NCBI RefSeq assembly: GCF_902459465.1
Contig: NC_047075.1
Location: 2,604,001 to 2,668,000, forward strand
DNA length: 64,000 nt
Direction: 5' to 3'
From: Asterias rubens
Taxonomy: Eukaryota
Position 1 is the first letter of the stretch, and every line of letters begins with the position of its first letter. The translations under genes were made by a program, and so were the position numbers. Below are positions 10,050 to 22,695 of the stretch, piece by piece. The notes under the pieces were generated by a model. It worked only from the letters and a program-made list of their open reading frames with translations. It did not search any database and was not told the origin of the DNA.

Positions 10050-11632
10050 TTACTCACAATATTGATAAAACACCCAGTCCCCGTGGTATGTGCTCCAAGT
10101 AGAGATACCAACATGCACAAAATCAGGCGTTGCATTTAGATGTGCGGTGACGTCAGCCAGCGTGAAACCCTGACTCTGTCCCCCTTTGCCCACCGTGATA
10201 GCGCCCCCTATCCACTCGATCCAGAAGGGCCGATATTCATCACTAGAGACCAGTCCATCTTCATTGTGTGAGAACAGGAAAGTGGATGACGGGCATCCGT
10301 CATAGCATACCCCAATCCCGGCATTCATTTCCCCTGGACCGGATGATCCTACTCCTGAAAATAGTAATAAATGGAAGAGTCATTAAAGGCAGTGGACACT
10401 ATTAGTAATTGCTCAAAAGAATTATTAGCATAAAACCTTTCTTGGTTACGAGTAATGGGGAGAGGTTGATGGTATAAAACATTGTGAAAACGGCTCCCTC
10501 TAAGGTGCCATAGTTTTCGAGAAAGAAGTAATTTTTCCACGAATTTGAATTCAAGACCTCAGATTAAGAACTTGAGGTCTCGAAATCAACCATCTAAACG
10601 CACACAACTTCGTGTGACAATGATGTTTTTTTCTTTCATTATTATCTCGCAAGTTCGATCATCGATTGAGCTCAAATTTGCACAGGTTTGTTATTTTATA
10701 CATATGTTGAGATACACCAAGTGAGAAGGCTAGTCTTTGACAATTACCAATAGTGTCCACTGCCTTTAAACTATCAACAGCTCTCCATTGCTCATCACCA
10801 AGTAAGTATGTTAAGCTAAAACATTATTTTGAGTAATTACAAATAGTGTCCTGTGCCTTTAAGAAACCACTAGTATTAGTATTATCATACACATTTTTGG
10901 CACTTTTTTCTCACCTTATATCTATAAAGGCAAAACCGGATTGTTGAGTCCTGGCCAATCCGAGTGAAAGCACAACATGGCCGGCCGCTTTCACTTTGAA
11001 GTTAATCCGGAACTTGAAGGAGGTGCTCAGAGGCTTCAGGATGAATCTAAAACTGTTTGATTTCGGCTCGGAGGCGAAGGAGCAAGCTAAAGATATTAAA
11101 GGTAAAATTAAATAATATCAATACGATGACGAGTTGTCCTAACCTTTTAGCACCAAGTCTACTTTCTATGTATAATGTATCGACGTGTCTTAATAATCTG
11201 TATCACCAAGTCGCCTGTTGTTCACAAAAATATGACAACTCCTGGAGCTCTTTAGCATAAATCAAAATTAAAACTTACGTGTAGTTCGGCAGGCGTTTCT
11301 AAAAGGCTCGAAGGTGCCGTCTACCAACGATAAAACACATTAAATGGTACCAATATTAAAACGGAGAATGCACACAAAAGTATGACAATCAATAGAGTTT
11401 ACAACTCCCAGATCTGTACCAGCCATTCAAACAAAAACTTACGTGTCGTTCGGCAAGCGTTTCTGAAAGCCTCAACGGTTTGATCACCCAAAGACGCGGG
11501 GTCCTGCCGGTCTACGGTCCGGACGAGTACACCGCACGAGGCTGCCGTAACCCACAGCACTGCAAAGTACACGGCGACACACAAAGTTAAAGCAATGGGT
11601 TTGGTAACCATGTAACCGTTTGTAGTAACCAT
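10050..11632 (-). CDS. Secreted Methyltransf_FA (FAMeT-like) domain protein, copy 2 (4 exons; carries a +1 frameshift as assembled)
   Basis: Exons 11632-11443, 11320-11279, 11086-10915 (172 nt versus 171 in copy 1) and 10354-10050. Exon 4 encodes GLVSSDEYRPFWIEWIGGAITVGKGG...VHVGISTWSTYHGDWVF, the FWIxW-xx-GxIxVG and HVGxST-x4-GDW motifs of the Methyltransf_FA domain. The protein would be 235 aa if the extra base were removed. Confidence 0.75.
10387..10765. mobile_element. Kolobok-like MITE family 1 in intron 3 of FAMeT-like copy 2
   Basis: Both TIRs present, with TTAA at 10383-10386 and 10766-10769. Confidence 0.8.
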
Positions 11633-12904
11633 GATGCTTTAAACTCGTAAGTTAACCCTGCGGTGCCCAAAATCAAAAAGTGGGTTATTTGAGGCGCTCT
11701 CTGTCGCTGCAAAACCAACTTCTTGGTGTCGTCGATATGTTGCACTGATTGAGTATGTAGCTCTATTGCGTTCGACCATGAAGTTATTAGCTCCAGGATT
11801 CCACTCAATAAAGTTACCTTGTTGTTGAATTTGTTCCCAATTATCAGTTTGTTAAAGGCGCAGTCGCCATATCATGTTGACTCTATAAACCGGCTCTTTT
11901 CAGAGCCAGCACTACTCACAAGCTTTCAGACAAAAAAAAAACAATAATTGTTTGTATACGCACAATCCTTGATAGTACCTTTAAGTCAACAACCTCGTAT
12001 TAATTACTTGTTGTCCTCCAGCCCTTGCTCTACGAGGATCCAAGCTGATCGATGAAACTTGAGGACACTGCGTACGAGGTTGACATTGTTTCATATACTT
12101 CCCTCTCTACATTTTAAGTCAATATTGCCAAGGCATATTTGAATATAATTTGTTCAGTAAAGACTGTCGACCTTTTCTGTCGTATACACCGTGTGCAACA
12201 GTAATATAGAAACGATGATTACCATTCGACGAAATGGGTATCAGACTAATTCTAATGTTGGCCATTGGGGGAAAGAAACAAATTCCAAAAATTCAAAAAC
12301 CAAGGCAAACAAACAAACAAACAAACATTCCGAACCCTTCTGGTGGCCAATAGGGGGAGGTAATATACAAACAAAAGCAAACAAACAGACAAGCAAAGTG
12401 TCTGAGGCCTATGGGCAGCCATTGGGGGACATACGTAAACAAAAGCAAATAAACAAAGCAAAGGAACTAAACAGGTATAAAGTATTGCCATTGAATTTAC
12501 CAAAGCGTATCTTAGATATCAACTTTTATTTGGATGTTCCTTTTTTTTCTCCAAACACATGATATTGTGAGCGTTTCCTCCGACCGCTTATAGGGCGTCT
12601 AACTGGGCAACAACAGTAGCTCAAAGGTTTCCATTTTTAGTTAATTAAGCGTTGTTGTTGTTTGTTAGTTGTTTTGTTCGTATTCGTACGTCCTCTGTTT
12701 GTCCGTTTATCTTGTCTCTGTCTGTCTACGGGCTGATTACTGCAAGCCTCGGCTTATCAAACCGGCCTCCATACTGTTTCTTTTCTTTGTACTACACACT
12801 ACTATGTTTGCTATTACAATGTATACGCTTCTCTTAATATGCTAGCATGACGTCACCATTCTATATACCCAAAACGAGGCCATCGGCGCAGCCACATGCA
12901 ACTA

Positions 12905-13100
12905 GGGCACTTTTCGAAACCACGGCTTCGGCTCCAGATTCGGCTCCAGACCCCGTAACTCCAGATTCGGCTCAAGATTCGGCCCAGGCTAGCTTGGCCC
13001 GCGGTTGTTTTAACAACTGCGCGTGCTTTGCGTACACGTTCAGGGCTTCAGACGAGAAAAAGGAGCCTGAAACCGAAGCCGTGGTTTCGAAAAGGGCATA
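12905..13100. mobile_element. MITE with GGGCACTTTTCGAAACCACGGCTTCGG TIRs and internal CCAGATTCGGCT repeats
   Basis: Inverted match CCGAAGCCGTGGTTTCGAAAAGGGC at about 13074-13098. A half copy lies at about 27900-27930. Confidence 0.65.
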
Positions 13101-13971
13101 TGATATCGAGTGGCTGGTATTGGTGGTGGCGTGGTGTGCGCCGATGGCGTCATTTTGGGTTTGAAAGATCATCATGCATGAATATTAAGAGAGGCAATGC
13201 ACTCTGTAATGCTGTGTTTTTGAAAGAATAGAAATAATGTTGAATTGAATTGAAAGTACATTCACGGTTCACTTGTCAATGACAGCACTAATGACGATGA
13301 AACAATTAACCTATTAGCCATATTATAACGACAATCATTTTGTAAACCGAAAATATAGTTTTCTTTCATCATGATTAAAAGCACTGGACCTTATGGTAAT
13401 TACTCAAAATAGTTGTTAGCCAAAAGAACTTACATTGTATTGAGCATTGGAGAGGCTTTGATAGTAAAAACTATTGAATTGAACTGAAAGTACTATTGAA
13501 TTGAATTGAAAGTACGTTCACGGTTCACTTGTCAATGACAGCGCTAATGACGATAAAAAATAATAAACCTATTAGCCATATAACGACAATCATTTTGTAA
13601 ACCGAAAATACAGTTTTCTTTCATCATGATTAAAGACACTGGACCTTATTGGAAATTACTCAAATTAGTTGTTAGCCAAAAGAACTTACATTGTATTGAG
13701 CATTGGAGAGGCTTTGATAGTAAAAAAAAAAAAAAAAAAAAAAAAAACATCGTGAGAAACGGCTTTCCTGTAGTTCTTGTTGAGATAGAGGTAATTTCTC
13801 ACTCAAATAATAAAATACTTCAGCTGAAGCCTTTTAAGCACACAAAGTTGTGCAACACGGATGTTTCTTCTTGCAACTTCGGTGACCAATTGAGCCATAC
13901 TTTTGTTGGGATACACCAAGAAAGAACACTGGTCTTTGACGGATTTAACCAAACGTGTCCGGTGCCTTTAA

Positions 13972-14356
13972 AGGGTCTATGTAACTTTTGTAGGACAAAA
14001 AACACAATATCCACAGATTTACACTAAACTTACACAGTTTGAAGATAATGATAGTAGAAAGCTTCCCTGAAAACATTACGTGCTGAGGTGCTTTAGTTTT
14101 GGGGAAATTAGTAAAACAATGCCATGAAAATAATTTTCATCTCAAAATAGTTGAAAATAATTTTCATCTCATGAGACGAAAATTATTTTAATCATTTTTA
14201 CAAACGTATTTTCATGACATTGTTTTACTCATTTCTCAAAAACTACAGCACCTCAGTAAGTAATATTTGAAGGGAAGCTTTCCACTCTCATTATCTTCAA
14301 ACCCTGTAAGTTTAATGTAAATCTATGGACATTTTGAAAAGGTACCCAAAAATCCT
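13972..14356. mobile_element. Kolobok-like MITE family 3 (TTAA-AGGGTCTATGTAAC...AATCCT-TTAA)
   Basis: TTAA flanks. Copies at about 23965-24330 (inverted) and 62763-63140. Confidence 0.7.
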
Positions 14357-17010
14357 TTAACTGTCAAATACTAATGACTATAGCAATTAATCAATGTGGG
14401 CAGACCGCAGCAATACTTTAATGATTAAAATGAATAATTCAGCTCTTGCCAACACGACGCTCATTTTGTAAACACAAAAATTAATCTTCTTTCATCATGA
14501 TGATACCGCCAAACACTAATGACTTGGAGTTTAAAGGCACTGGACACTATTGGTAATTGTCAAATACCAGTATTCTCACGTAACTGCATAAGATAACAAA
14601 CCTGTGAACATTTGGGTTCAATCGGTTATCGAAGTTGCGAGAAAATGATGAAAGAAAAAACACCCTTTTTGGACGAATTTGTGTGCTTTCAGATAGGAAT
14701 AAAAGACTTCTAGCTAGAAAGTCTTTCATTATTTTAGAGGGAGTCGTTTGCCACAATGTTTTATACTATCAACAGCTCTCCAATGCTCGTTACCAAGTCA
14801 GTTTTTAAGTTGTTTTAAGTAATTACCAAACGTGTACCTTCCCTTTAAAGACACTGAACACTAATTGTAATTGTCAAAGACCAGTATTCTCACGTGGTGT
14901 ATCCCAATTGCATAAAATAACTAACCTGTGAACATTTTGGCTCAATCGGTTATCGAATTTGCGATCATCTTTGTATGCTTTTAGATGTATAATAAAAGGC
15001 TTCAGCTGAGAAGTATTTTATTTGAGTGAGAAATTACTTTTCTCAAAAATTACGTTACTTCAGAGTGAGCCGTTCCTCACAATGTTTTATGTTATAAACA
15101 GCTCTCCATTGCTCGTTACCAAGTAAGCTTTTATGCTAACAATTATTTTGAGTAATAACCAATAGTATCCATAATCGGTATAATCATGTTGATGCCTGGT
15201 AAAAGGCTTTAAAAAGTATTAAAATAATCCTTGTTAAAAGTCATCACCATTAAAAAATACCTGTACCCATTTCCGAGAAGCACTAATTGTTCCCTGGGGA
15301 ATCATAATATCCAACTCCCTGTTATTAAAAGTCATTTTACTGTCAAATTTCATGCCTGGAATTACATGGTAGGCATGACCTATGTTGCCCCGGGCCCAAT
15401 TTCATAGCGCTGCTTAGCGGCCGATTTTGTGCTTACTGTGCAATTTCTATTTCATAGCACTGCTAACCGTAAGCACACGAAAGGCATGCTAACCTTCCGG
15501 TGCTCACCGCACGAAAATGACGTCACAATGCAAATCTACGGTAAACACGCAATATGGCCGCCCAATTTTTCTGCTAACCTGTGGAATACGCTAAGGCTTA
15601 AGCATTTTTTTCTGCTACAGTAAGCACGCAAATTTGCTTACCGTTAAGCAGCGCTATGAAATTGGGCCCTGAGAGCTGCTTTAGCAAAAACATTTGCTTA
15701 AGCAAAAAATTAATTGCTTGTAAAATCAAATTACCGGCCAAGACTCCACTCAATTGTTATGCTAAGTAAACAACAGCTAAATACTAGTCATAAGCAATGT
15801 ATATGGCATGAAATGTTGGCCAGTAACATGTGTAAAATAAGCGAGCTATTTTATTGCTTAAGCATACTTTTTGCTTAAGCAGCTCTATGAAATTGTGCCC
15901 AGGTCTTGGCCATGGTGCCTCTTAAGTAGTTTTCCACAGCTTCAAGACTTCGCAATGGAAATGAAATGGAAATGGCCTTGCCCTTTCAACAAAGATGAAA
16001 GGCCAGATGTCATATAATTTGAATAATCATGAAAAAGACGAAAGCTATAAGTAAATTACAAGCTTTTGTAACAATGTGGGAAAATAGCTTCTTTAAGTGC
16101 ATGGCTAATAGTTAATGTGCATTGTTATAGGCATAACATGCGACGGGCCATTGTTTGACCGTTTAAAATCTAACATATTAATAAAATTCAAATGTTGATG
16201 TTGTTTGTAGTTGCTGGGCACCTCTGAAAAAAACAGTGTTTCACTAAGAGGTCTCCCCAGGGTTAATAAGGAATAAATACAAATATATTTTGAAATTTTA
16301 ACCACGATTCTATCAATTTTAATACTGCAATGTTGTAAGGTTTTTGAACACTACACTCGGGTCAAAATTTACCCGGATTTGGGTCCCAGCGGGCCAGACC
16401 CATTTCTGGGTTGGTTTGACCCTGAATCCGTGTCAATGTGACCCGGACTCATTGTTACCAGAAATTTGGTTAAAAGCGTGGATTTTGACTCGGATTTCAG
16501 GACACGTTGACACAGATTCCGGGTCAAACTGACCCTTAAATGGGTCTGGCCCCCCTGGGACCCAAATCTGGGTTAATTGGCGAGGCATTTCACTTTTGTG
16601 CTGAGATTTACAAATTCTATGCTTGTGAAGCTTCTACGTGTAAAATAAATGACATACATCTTCATTCAGAGTGAGTAGGGATTCATGTAATAGCCAAATA
16701 CTTGATCTACAAAAGGTATCAAAGTCATATTATTAAGGGCATTGGGGATGGACACTATTGGTATACATTCAAAGAAAATAACTGTTAGCATACAAACTTA
16801 CTTGGTAACGAGCAATGGAGAGCTGTATAAAACATTGTTAGAAGCGACTCCCTCTAAAGTAACGTAGTTTCTGAGGAAGGGGGTAATTTCTCTTTCACAT
16901 ATTAAACAGACTTCAGGCCTGAAGCCTATTATTAGGCTTTTGAAAGCACAGATGTGCAACAAGGGTGTGTTTTCTTTCATTCATTTTTTGCAACTTCGGG
17001 GACCAATTAA

Positions 17011-17368
17011 AGACACTGGACACTGTTGGTAATTGTCAAATACCAGTCTTCTCACTTAGTGTATCTCAACATAAGCATAAATAAACAAACCTGTGAAAAA
17101 TTGAGCTCAATTGGTCGTCGAGGTTGCGAGATAAATGAAAGATAAAAACAAACCTGTCACACGACGTTATGGTTTTCACATGCTTGATTTTGAGACCTCA
17201 AATTCTAAATCTGAGGTCTTGAAATCAAATTCGTGGAAAATTATTTCTTTCTGGAAAACTATGTCACTTCATGTTTTATACCATCAACCTCTCCCTATTA
17301 TTGTTACCAAGTAAGGTTTTATGCTAATAATTATTTTGAGTAATTACCAATAATAGTGTCTACTGCCT
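17011..17368. mobile_element. Kolobok-like MITE family 1 (inverted)
   Basis: TTAA-AGACACTGGACAC ... GTGTCTACTGCCT-TTAA. Confidence 0.75.
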
Positions 17369-17949
17369 TTAAGTTCAAATTTTCACAGACCTTTTATTTT
17401 TAAGCATAATGTTGAGACACACTAAGTGAGAACTGGGCCCAATTTCAAAGAGGTGCTTAAGCAAAAGATACTGCTTAAAACTCCAGTTATGAGCAGGATA
17501 CCAATCACAAATTGTACATGTGACAATGTGTGCTTGTGCAGCTCTATGAAATTTGGCCGTGGTCTTTGACAATATCCAGAACTGTAAAGTGTCTTTAAGA
17601 AACACACACACATTCTTGTAAATGAAGACGGACGGTCCCAAACCAATCGATATGTTGTTTGTGTTTAGCTGTGCCGTTGTCAGAGTGCCCTGTTGCAGTG
17701 CCGTTAATCTCAGATCGATCCAAAATGGCCGATCAGCGAGAGTATTGACTGGCGCTTATAAGCCAAATACTCTAAGCACAACATTGCATTGTGACCAACT
17801 GCAGTCAACGATGACCGATTGAGAACATTATACATTATTGCCGGTATTACAATGTTACAGTGGTAACCATAAACCTTAAACCAATGCATTAACACGAGCT
17901 CCAAACGCTTCGAAACTTTTTTATTTTTATTTTTTATGAACAAGCCATC

Positions 17950-18300
17950 TCATCTTACTTATCTGTCTAGCCTATTTCACTCCACTGCTGGAGGAAAGCC
18001 TCTTCACAAATTATCCATCTCACTCTATCCTGCGCTGTTTGTTGCAAAGCAATGCCCCTGTATGTACTTAGTTTATCTCTCCACCTTCTATTTCGTCTCC
18101 CTCTTTTTCTTGTCCAGTTTCTTGGAGTCCAATTGGTTGTTTTGCGTGCCCCCCTGTTGTCATACCTCCTTGCTAGGTGACCTGCCCATCTCCACTTCTT
18201 TGAGTTAATGGTCTTATTAATTTCATGCACTCTTGATTTCTTTCTAAGGTCTTGTTTATTATGCTTATCAAACACATCTGTGAAAGCCGTCACCAATTGG
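17950..18300 (-). mobile_element. RTE-clade LINE 3' fragment
   Basis: Translation KKWRWAGHLARRYDNRG...WTPRNWTRKRGRRNRRWRD...AQDRVRW...EEAFLQQW is the typical RTE ORF C-terminus. Confidence 0.85.
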
Positions 18301-21300
18301 GAATAATTCTTAACTAGGCAAAGTGAAAGAGTGTGGCACCCGGTGCACGAAGTGTCTGGCTTTTAGCACCAGCCTCAAAACGTTACGCAACCAAGCCCAG
18401 TCTTAACTATCGATATATCTCAAATGTTTTGTCAAGTACCCTTCTTGTTTCACTTTATACACAGCTTGGGGTGTATTTTGACGCTGGACCAAACCCTTGG
18501 ATATCGTGCGGAATCTTAAAGAAACATTACAGAATTGGTAAGCAACAAAACTCGTTTAAGATCACAGATTTACATGGAACTAACAGGGTCAAATGATGTT
18601 TTAGTTTAGTTCATTTGGTTTGACTCTTTTCAGCGCTTTGATCTCAATGAAAAGACGCTTTACAAATGCACTGTTGTAATGTATGTATTTCTGTAAGTAT
18701 ATTTGATGAGAAATTTTATTTTTAATAAAACTAATGTCCCGTTTGAAGTTTACAGCCCAGTGAGCGTTTTAATCATTTGTTTTGAATCGATGTCATGCAA
18801 TGGGTTTTTCACTATTTTCTCGTGACCTAGATGGCTGATCGATCTCAAACTTCTCCTGGTGGTTTGTCAGTTTATGTAAACGGTGGATTACATAAAGTAC
18901 TTACACTGTCAGCAACTTTTTTTTTTAGCAAGCAAATTCTGTAATGTTCCTTTAAATGAACTACAGGTTGTTAGGAGAAGGATAACAACTACAATGGCTG
19001 TCGGGAGAAAACGGAAGGGACTTTTGAGAATCTGTCTTCTCATGTGTTTGATGATCAGTCTTCCGATTGGGGGTGAGTAACAAAAAATATAACTTAAAGG
19101 CACTGCCGTCAATTTCACAAAACTCTTCCTGACTTAGGATTAATCTTATGACTTAGGACGAGTCCCAACCCTGCAGTGTAGCATGCAGACCTTAAGATTA
19201 ATCCTAAGTTAGGCTAACTCGGGATAAGACGAGTCCTAACTCTTTATGAAATCGACGGCTGTTGTATCCCCACTTATACATTAAATAACAAACATGTGAA
19301 AATTAGGGCTCAATTGGTCCACGAAGTTACAAAAGAATAATGAAAGAAAAAACACCCTTGTTGCATTACTTTGTGCTTTCAGATGCATAATAAAAAACTT
19401 CAACTGAATAATTTTATTATTTGAGTGGAAAAAGACATCTTTCTCAAATACTACGTCACTTCAGAGGGAGCTGTTAGTCACAGTGTCCGGTGCATTTAAA
19501 GGCATGCACTGGACACTATTGGTAACACTCAAAATAATTGTTAGCATAACACCATACTTTGTAATGGGTAGTGGAGAGCTGTTTGTAGTATAAAACATTG
19601 TGAGAAACGACTCCCACTGAAGTAACGTAGTTTTTACGAAAGAAGTGATTTTACACGAATTTGATTTCGAGAACTCAGGTTTAGAATTTGAGGTCTCAAA
19701 ATCAAGCATCTGAAAGCACACAACTTTAAGACACATTGTCATAAATTTAAAGGCAGGGTCATACTTAACGTATTTTTTTTAGAGAGGTCATTACTCACTC
19801 ACATGTTAAAAGACTTCAGGCCTGAAGCCTTTTTAGGCATCTCAAAGCACACACATTGTGCAACAAGGGTGTTTTTTTATTATTCTCATTTAAATTAGTC
19901 AACATTTTCACAGATTTGTTACTTTATGCCTATGTTGGGGTACACCAAGTGAGAATACTTGTCTTTGACATTTACCAAAGGTGTCCAGTGCATTTAAACC
20001 TTTGTCGTGCAAGGAGTTTTTTGGGTAAGCCATTTTTGAGGCAACCGTTTGCACTACTTAGAGTAGCATTGCGAAGTCAATTGGCAATTGTTGTAACAGT
20101 GTCTTTACTTAAAAGTAATGTATACCTTTGGTATTTGGAACCAGTCGACTGTTTTAATCCTATATAAATGTACGGAACAAAGTCAACCTGCGTTCGAAAG
20201 TTGGTCGCGTTTTCGAGATATGTCAACGCAAGAAGAAAAACCCAGAAATAATTAATCATGAAATAATTTAGCTCTTGCCAACTACCACACGATCAATTTG
20301 TAAATACACAAGTGCTGTTATGTAACCATAGTGATACTGTCGAATACTAATTCCTTTGGCGATTAATCAGTTTGAGCATTTTGATGCCGGGTAAAAGGCT
20401 TCCAAATCTATTAAAGGAACATTAAAAAAAAAAAAAAAAATGAATATTATTAATATAACATAATTTGTTAAAAAAAACAAAAATCGTCTAAGATCACAGA
20501 TTAACATCGGTCTAATGATGATGATAGAAATATTTCTGTCTGAAATGTCAAATTTGTTGAGAAATAAATAAAAACAATTTCCCATTTGGAGTTTATCACT
20601 CAGTGAGCGTTTTATTAAATTTTGGTTAATCGATGTCGTGCAAAATGTGTAATCGGTTTTTCACTATTTTCTCGTGACCCGCAGGGCTGATCAATCTCAA
20701 ACTTATACAGGTTTGTTTATGTACATGGTGGATTACATGAAGTGCTTACACAGCCAGCAACTGTTTTATTAGCAACAACCAATTCGTAATGTTCCTTTAA
20801 TTTCATCCTAATGAAATAATCATCACCACAACAATTATTGGTAGCCGGTTGACGAGAGGCACTTAATGTTCCCTGGGGACATCTCGCTTCTGAACATGAA
20901 ATTGTATGCTAATCATTGCCAATATTAGCAACGGTTCACCAAAATCATCCTAGCTTAGGATTAATTTTATGACTTGGGATGAGTAAAGTTCCCTATCCGA
21001 CGACGTAGGACGTAGACTTGTGGACAAGTCGTTAAATCGGCCCCACGCGCTGAGATAGTAGTCTCGCGAGATCACTGCTCTCGCGCGAACTGATGGCTCC
21101 TCGATTTCGACTCTTAATGAGCCAACACTCACCCTAAGAGATTTACTATTTATTTATAGTTTCTTCTTATTTCACAAGTTTGTTATTATATGCATAATAT
21201 GTTTATATCTACAAGTTAGAAGACTGGCCTTATTATTTTTATTTGGTGCTGTTTTGTTTTAATATCTCGTTGCTGTGGAAACGGTGACGTAATTGGGTGG

Positions 21301-21468
21301 AGCTGAATGCATGCAATTGTTTGCGAACAAAGATTTGGTTCATTTGATCTGGGAGACTATAGTAACAACAAACTGCAGTATCGGGACAGTTTTCCACCTA
21401 CAGTTAATGGGGACAAAAACATTTTCTCTCTGGTACATTTTCGAAAAGAAAATCTTCAAACATTCATC

Positions 21469-22437
21469 ATGGAAGTTACGATCATTATAATATTGGCTCT
21501 TAGTTTGATGGTACAAATCGACCAGAGTGCAAGTCAACGACGGTTTATCGAAACGTTCTACTTGGCCGAAAACCGAGCCTTACTGAATCATGGGTTTCAG
21601 TGGAAGACTGTATCTACTCCTGTGATCTGTGGGCGAGACTGCTCTATGGATCCACAGTGTGCATCATTCAACTATCATACAAATAATGTTTGTATGTTAA
21701 ATAATGCCAGCAGAGCTCACAACCCTGATGACTTTGTTGCGATTCAAGGGAGTGCCTACTATGATGACAACTTGGACACTTCTTCGTTTTCACTACCCAG
21801 CACTAGAAGTTGTTTGGAGTTGTATCAAGCTGATTACCGCATCAATGGTTTATACACCATCTTTCCTACAAGTCTGACCACCAGTGGGTTACAGGTTTAC
21901 TGTGATATGGAGACAGATGGAGGCGGCTGGATCGTGTTCCAGAGGAGACAAAATGGCTCTGTCAACTTTGACCGTACCTGGGCTGAATACCAATCTGGGT
22001 TTGGTGATCTGCAGAATGAGTTCTGGTTAGGGAATGATATCCTGCGTGACCTTACTGGATCGGGTCAATGGCGACTCAGAGTAGATATGGAAGATTGGAA
22101 GTCCAATAAATCTTGGTCTTCTTATGGTGAGTTCAATGTTACAGGTGACAAGTACACTCTCCATGTTGGTTCATATGATGCTCAGAGTCCAGCAGGTGAC
22201 TCAATGGCATTTCATAATGGGCGTCAATTCAGTACAAAGGACAATGGCAATGCTCAAAACTGTGCGGTGAGATACAAGGGTGGCTGGTGGTATGCCAGTT
22301 GCTTTTATGCTAATCTGAACGGTGAATACTACCCGCATGGTTATGTGTCTGTTAGTCAGGGAATACAGTGGACACACTGGAGAGGACACTTCTACTCCCT
22401 CAAGAAATGCAGCATGAAAATACGGCAAGTAAAATAA
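21469..22437 (+). CDS. Intronless secreted PAN/apple + fibrinogen C-terminal domain protein (FReD2), 322 aa
   Basis: Paralogue of FReD1 with the same signal, PAN and FBG motifs. The 3' quarter is strongly diverged (FSTKDNGNAQNC, WWYASCFYANLNG). Confidence 0.93.
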   Translation: MEVTIIIILALSLMVQIDQSASQRRFIETFYLAENRALLNHGFQWKTVSTPVICGRDCSMDPQCASFNYHTNNVCMLNNASRAHNPDDFVAIQGSAYYDDNLDTSSFSLPSTRSCLELYQADYRINGLYTIFPTSLTTSGLQVYCDMETDGGGWIVFQRRQNGSVNFDRTWAEYQSGFGDLQNEFWLGNDILRDLTGSGQWRLRVDMEDWKSNKSWSSYGEFNVTGDKYTLHVGSYDAQSPAGDSMAFHNGRQFSTKDNGNAQNCAVRYKGGWWYASCFYANLNGEYYPHGYVSVSQGIQWTHWRGHFYSLKKCSMKIRQVK

Positions 22438-22489
22438 ACTCAAACTCTTACCCAGAGTTGGGCCATGGTTGGATTGAACAGAATGTTCC

Positions 22490-22695
22490 CGTGGCGTGTT
22501 GTGGCCGTTAGGGTTAGATCACCGGATTCAAGCTCGGGTACGACGTTTCTGATCAGCAGGATGTGGGTTCGAGTCCCGGTCATGACTCTCGTGTCCTTAA
22601 GCAAGCCACTTAACCAGTATTATTAACTCGTCCTTCGGAGGGGACGTTAAGCTGTTGGTCCCGTGCGTTGTGTGATGCACGTTAAATATCCCGGT
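22490..22695 (+). mobile_element. tRNA-derived SINE, 3'-truncated
   Basis: A-box-like GTGGCCGTTAGGG and B-box GGTTCGAGTCCC, followed by the non-tRNA body GTGTCCTTAAGCAAG-CACTTAACC. A partial copy lies at about 47500-47620. Confidence 0.75.

Noticed and set aside
10050-10354. Calling this a juvenile-hormone-type farnesoic acid O-methyltransferase enzyme
   Set aside because: No SAM-binding GxGxG motif is visible and the protein has a signal peptide. The Pfam name alone does not establish catalytic activity.
12847-13164. 105-aa ORF with PDSA repeats
   Set aside because: It lies across a MITE whose internal 12-bp repeats generate the motif.
22490-22590. tRNA genes (also about 34140, 43800, 49180, 50050)
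   Set aside because: A/B boxes are present, but no clean cloverleaf could be drawn and non-tRNA bodies follow. These are SINE heads.
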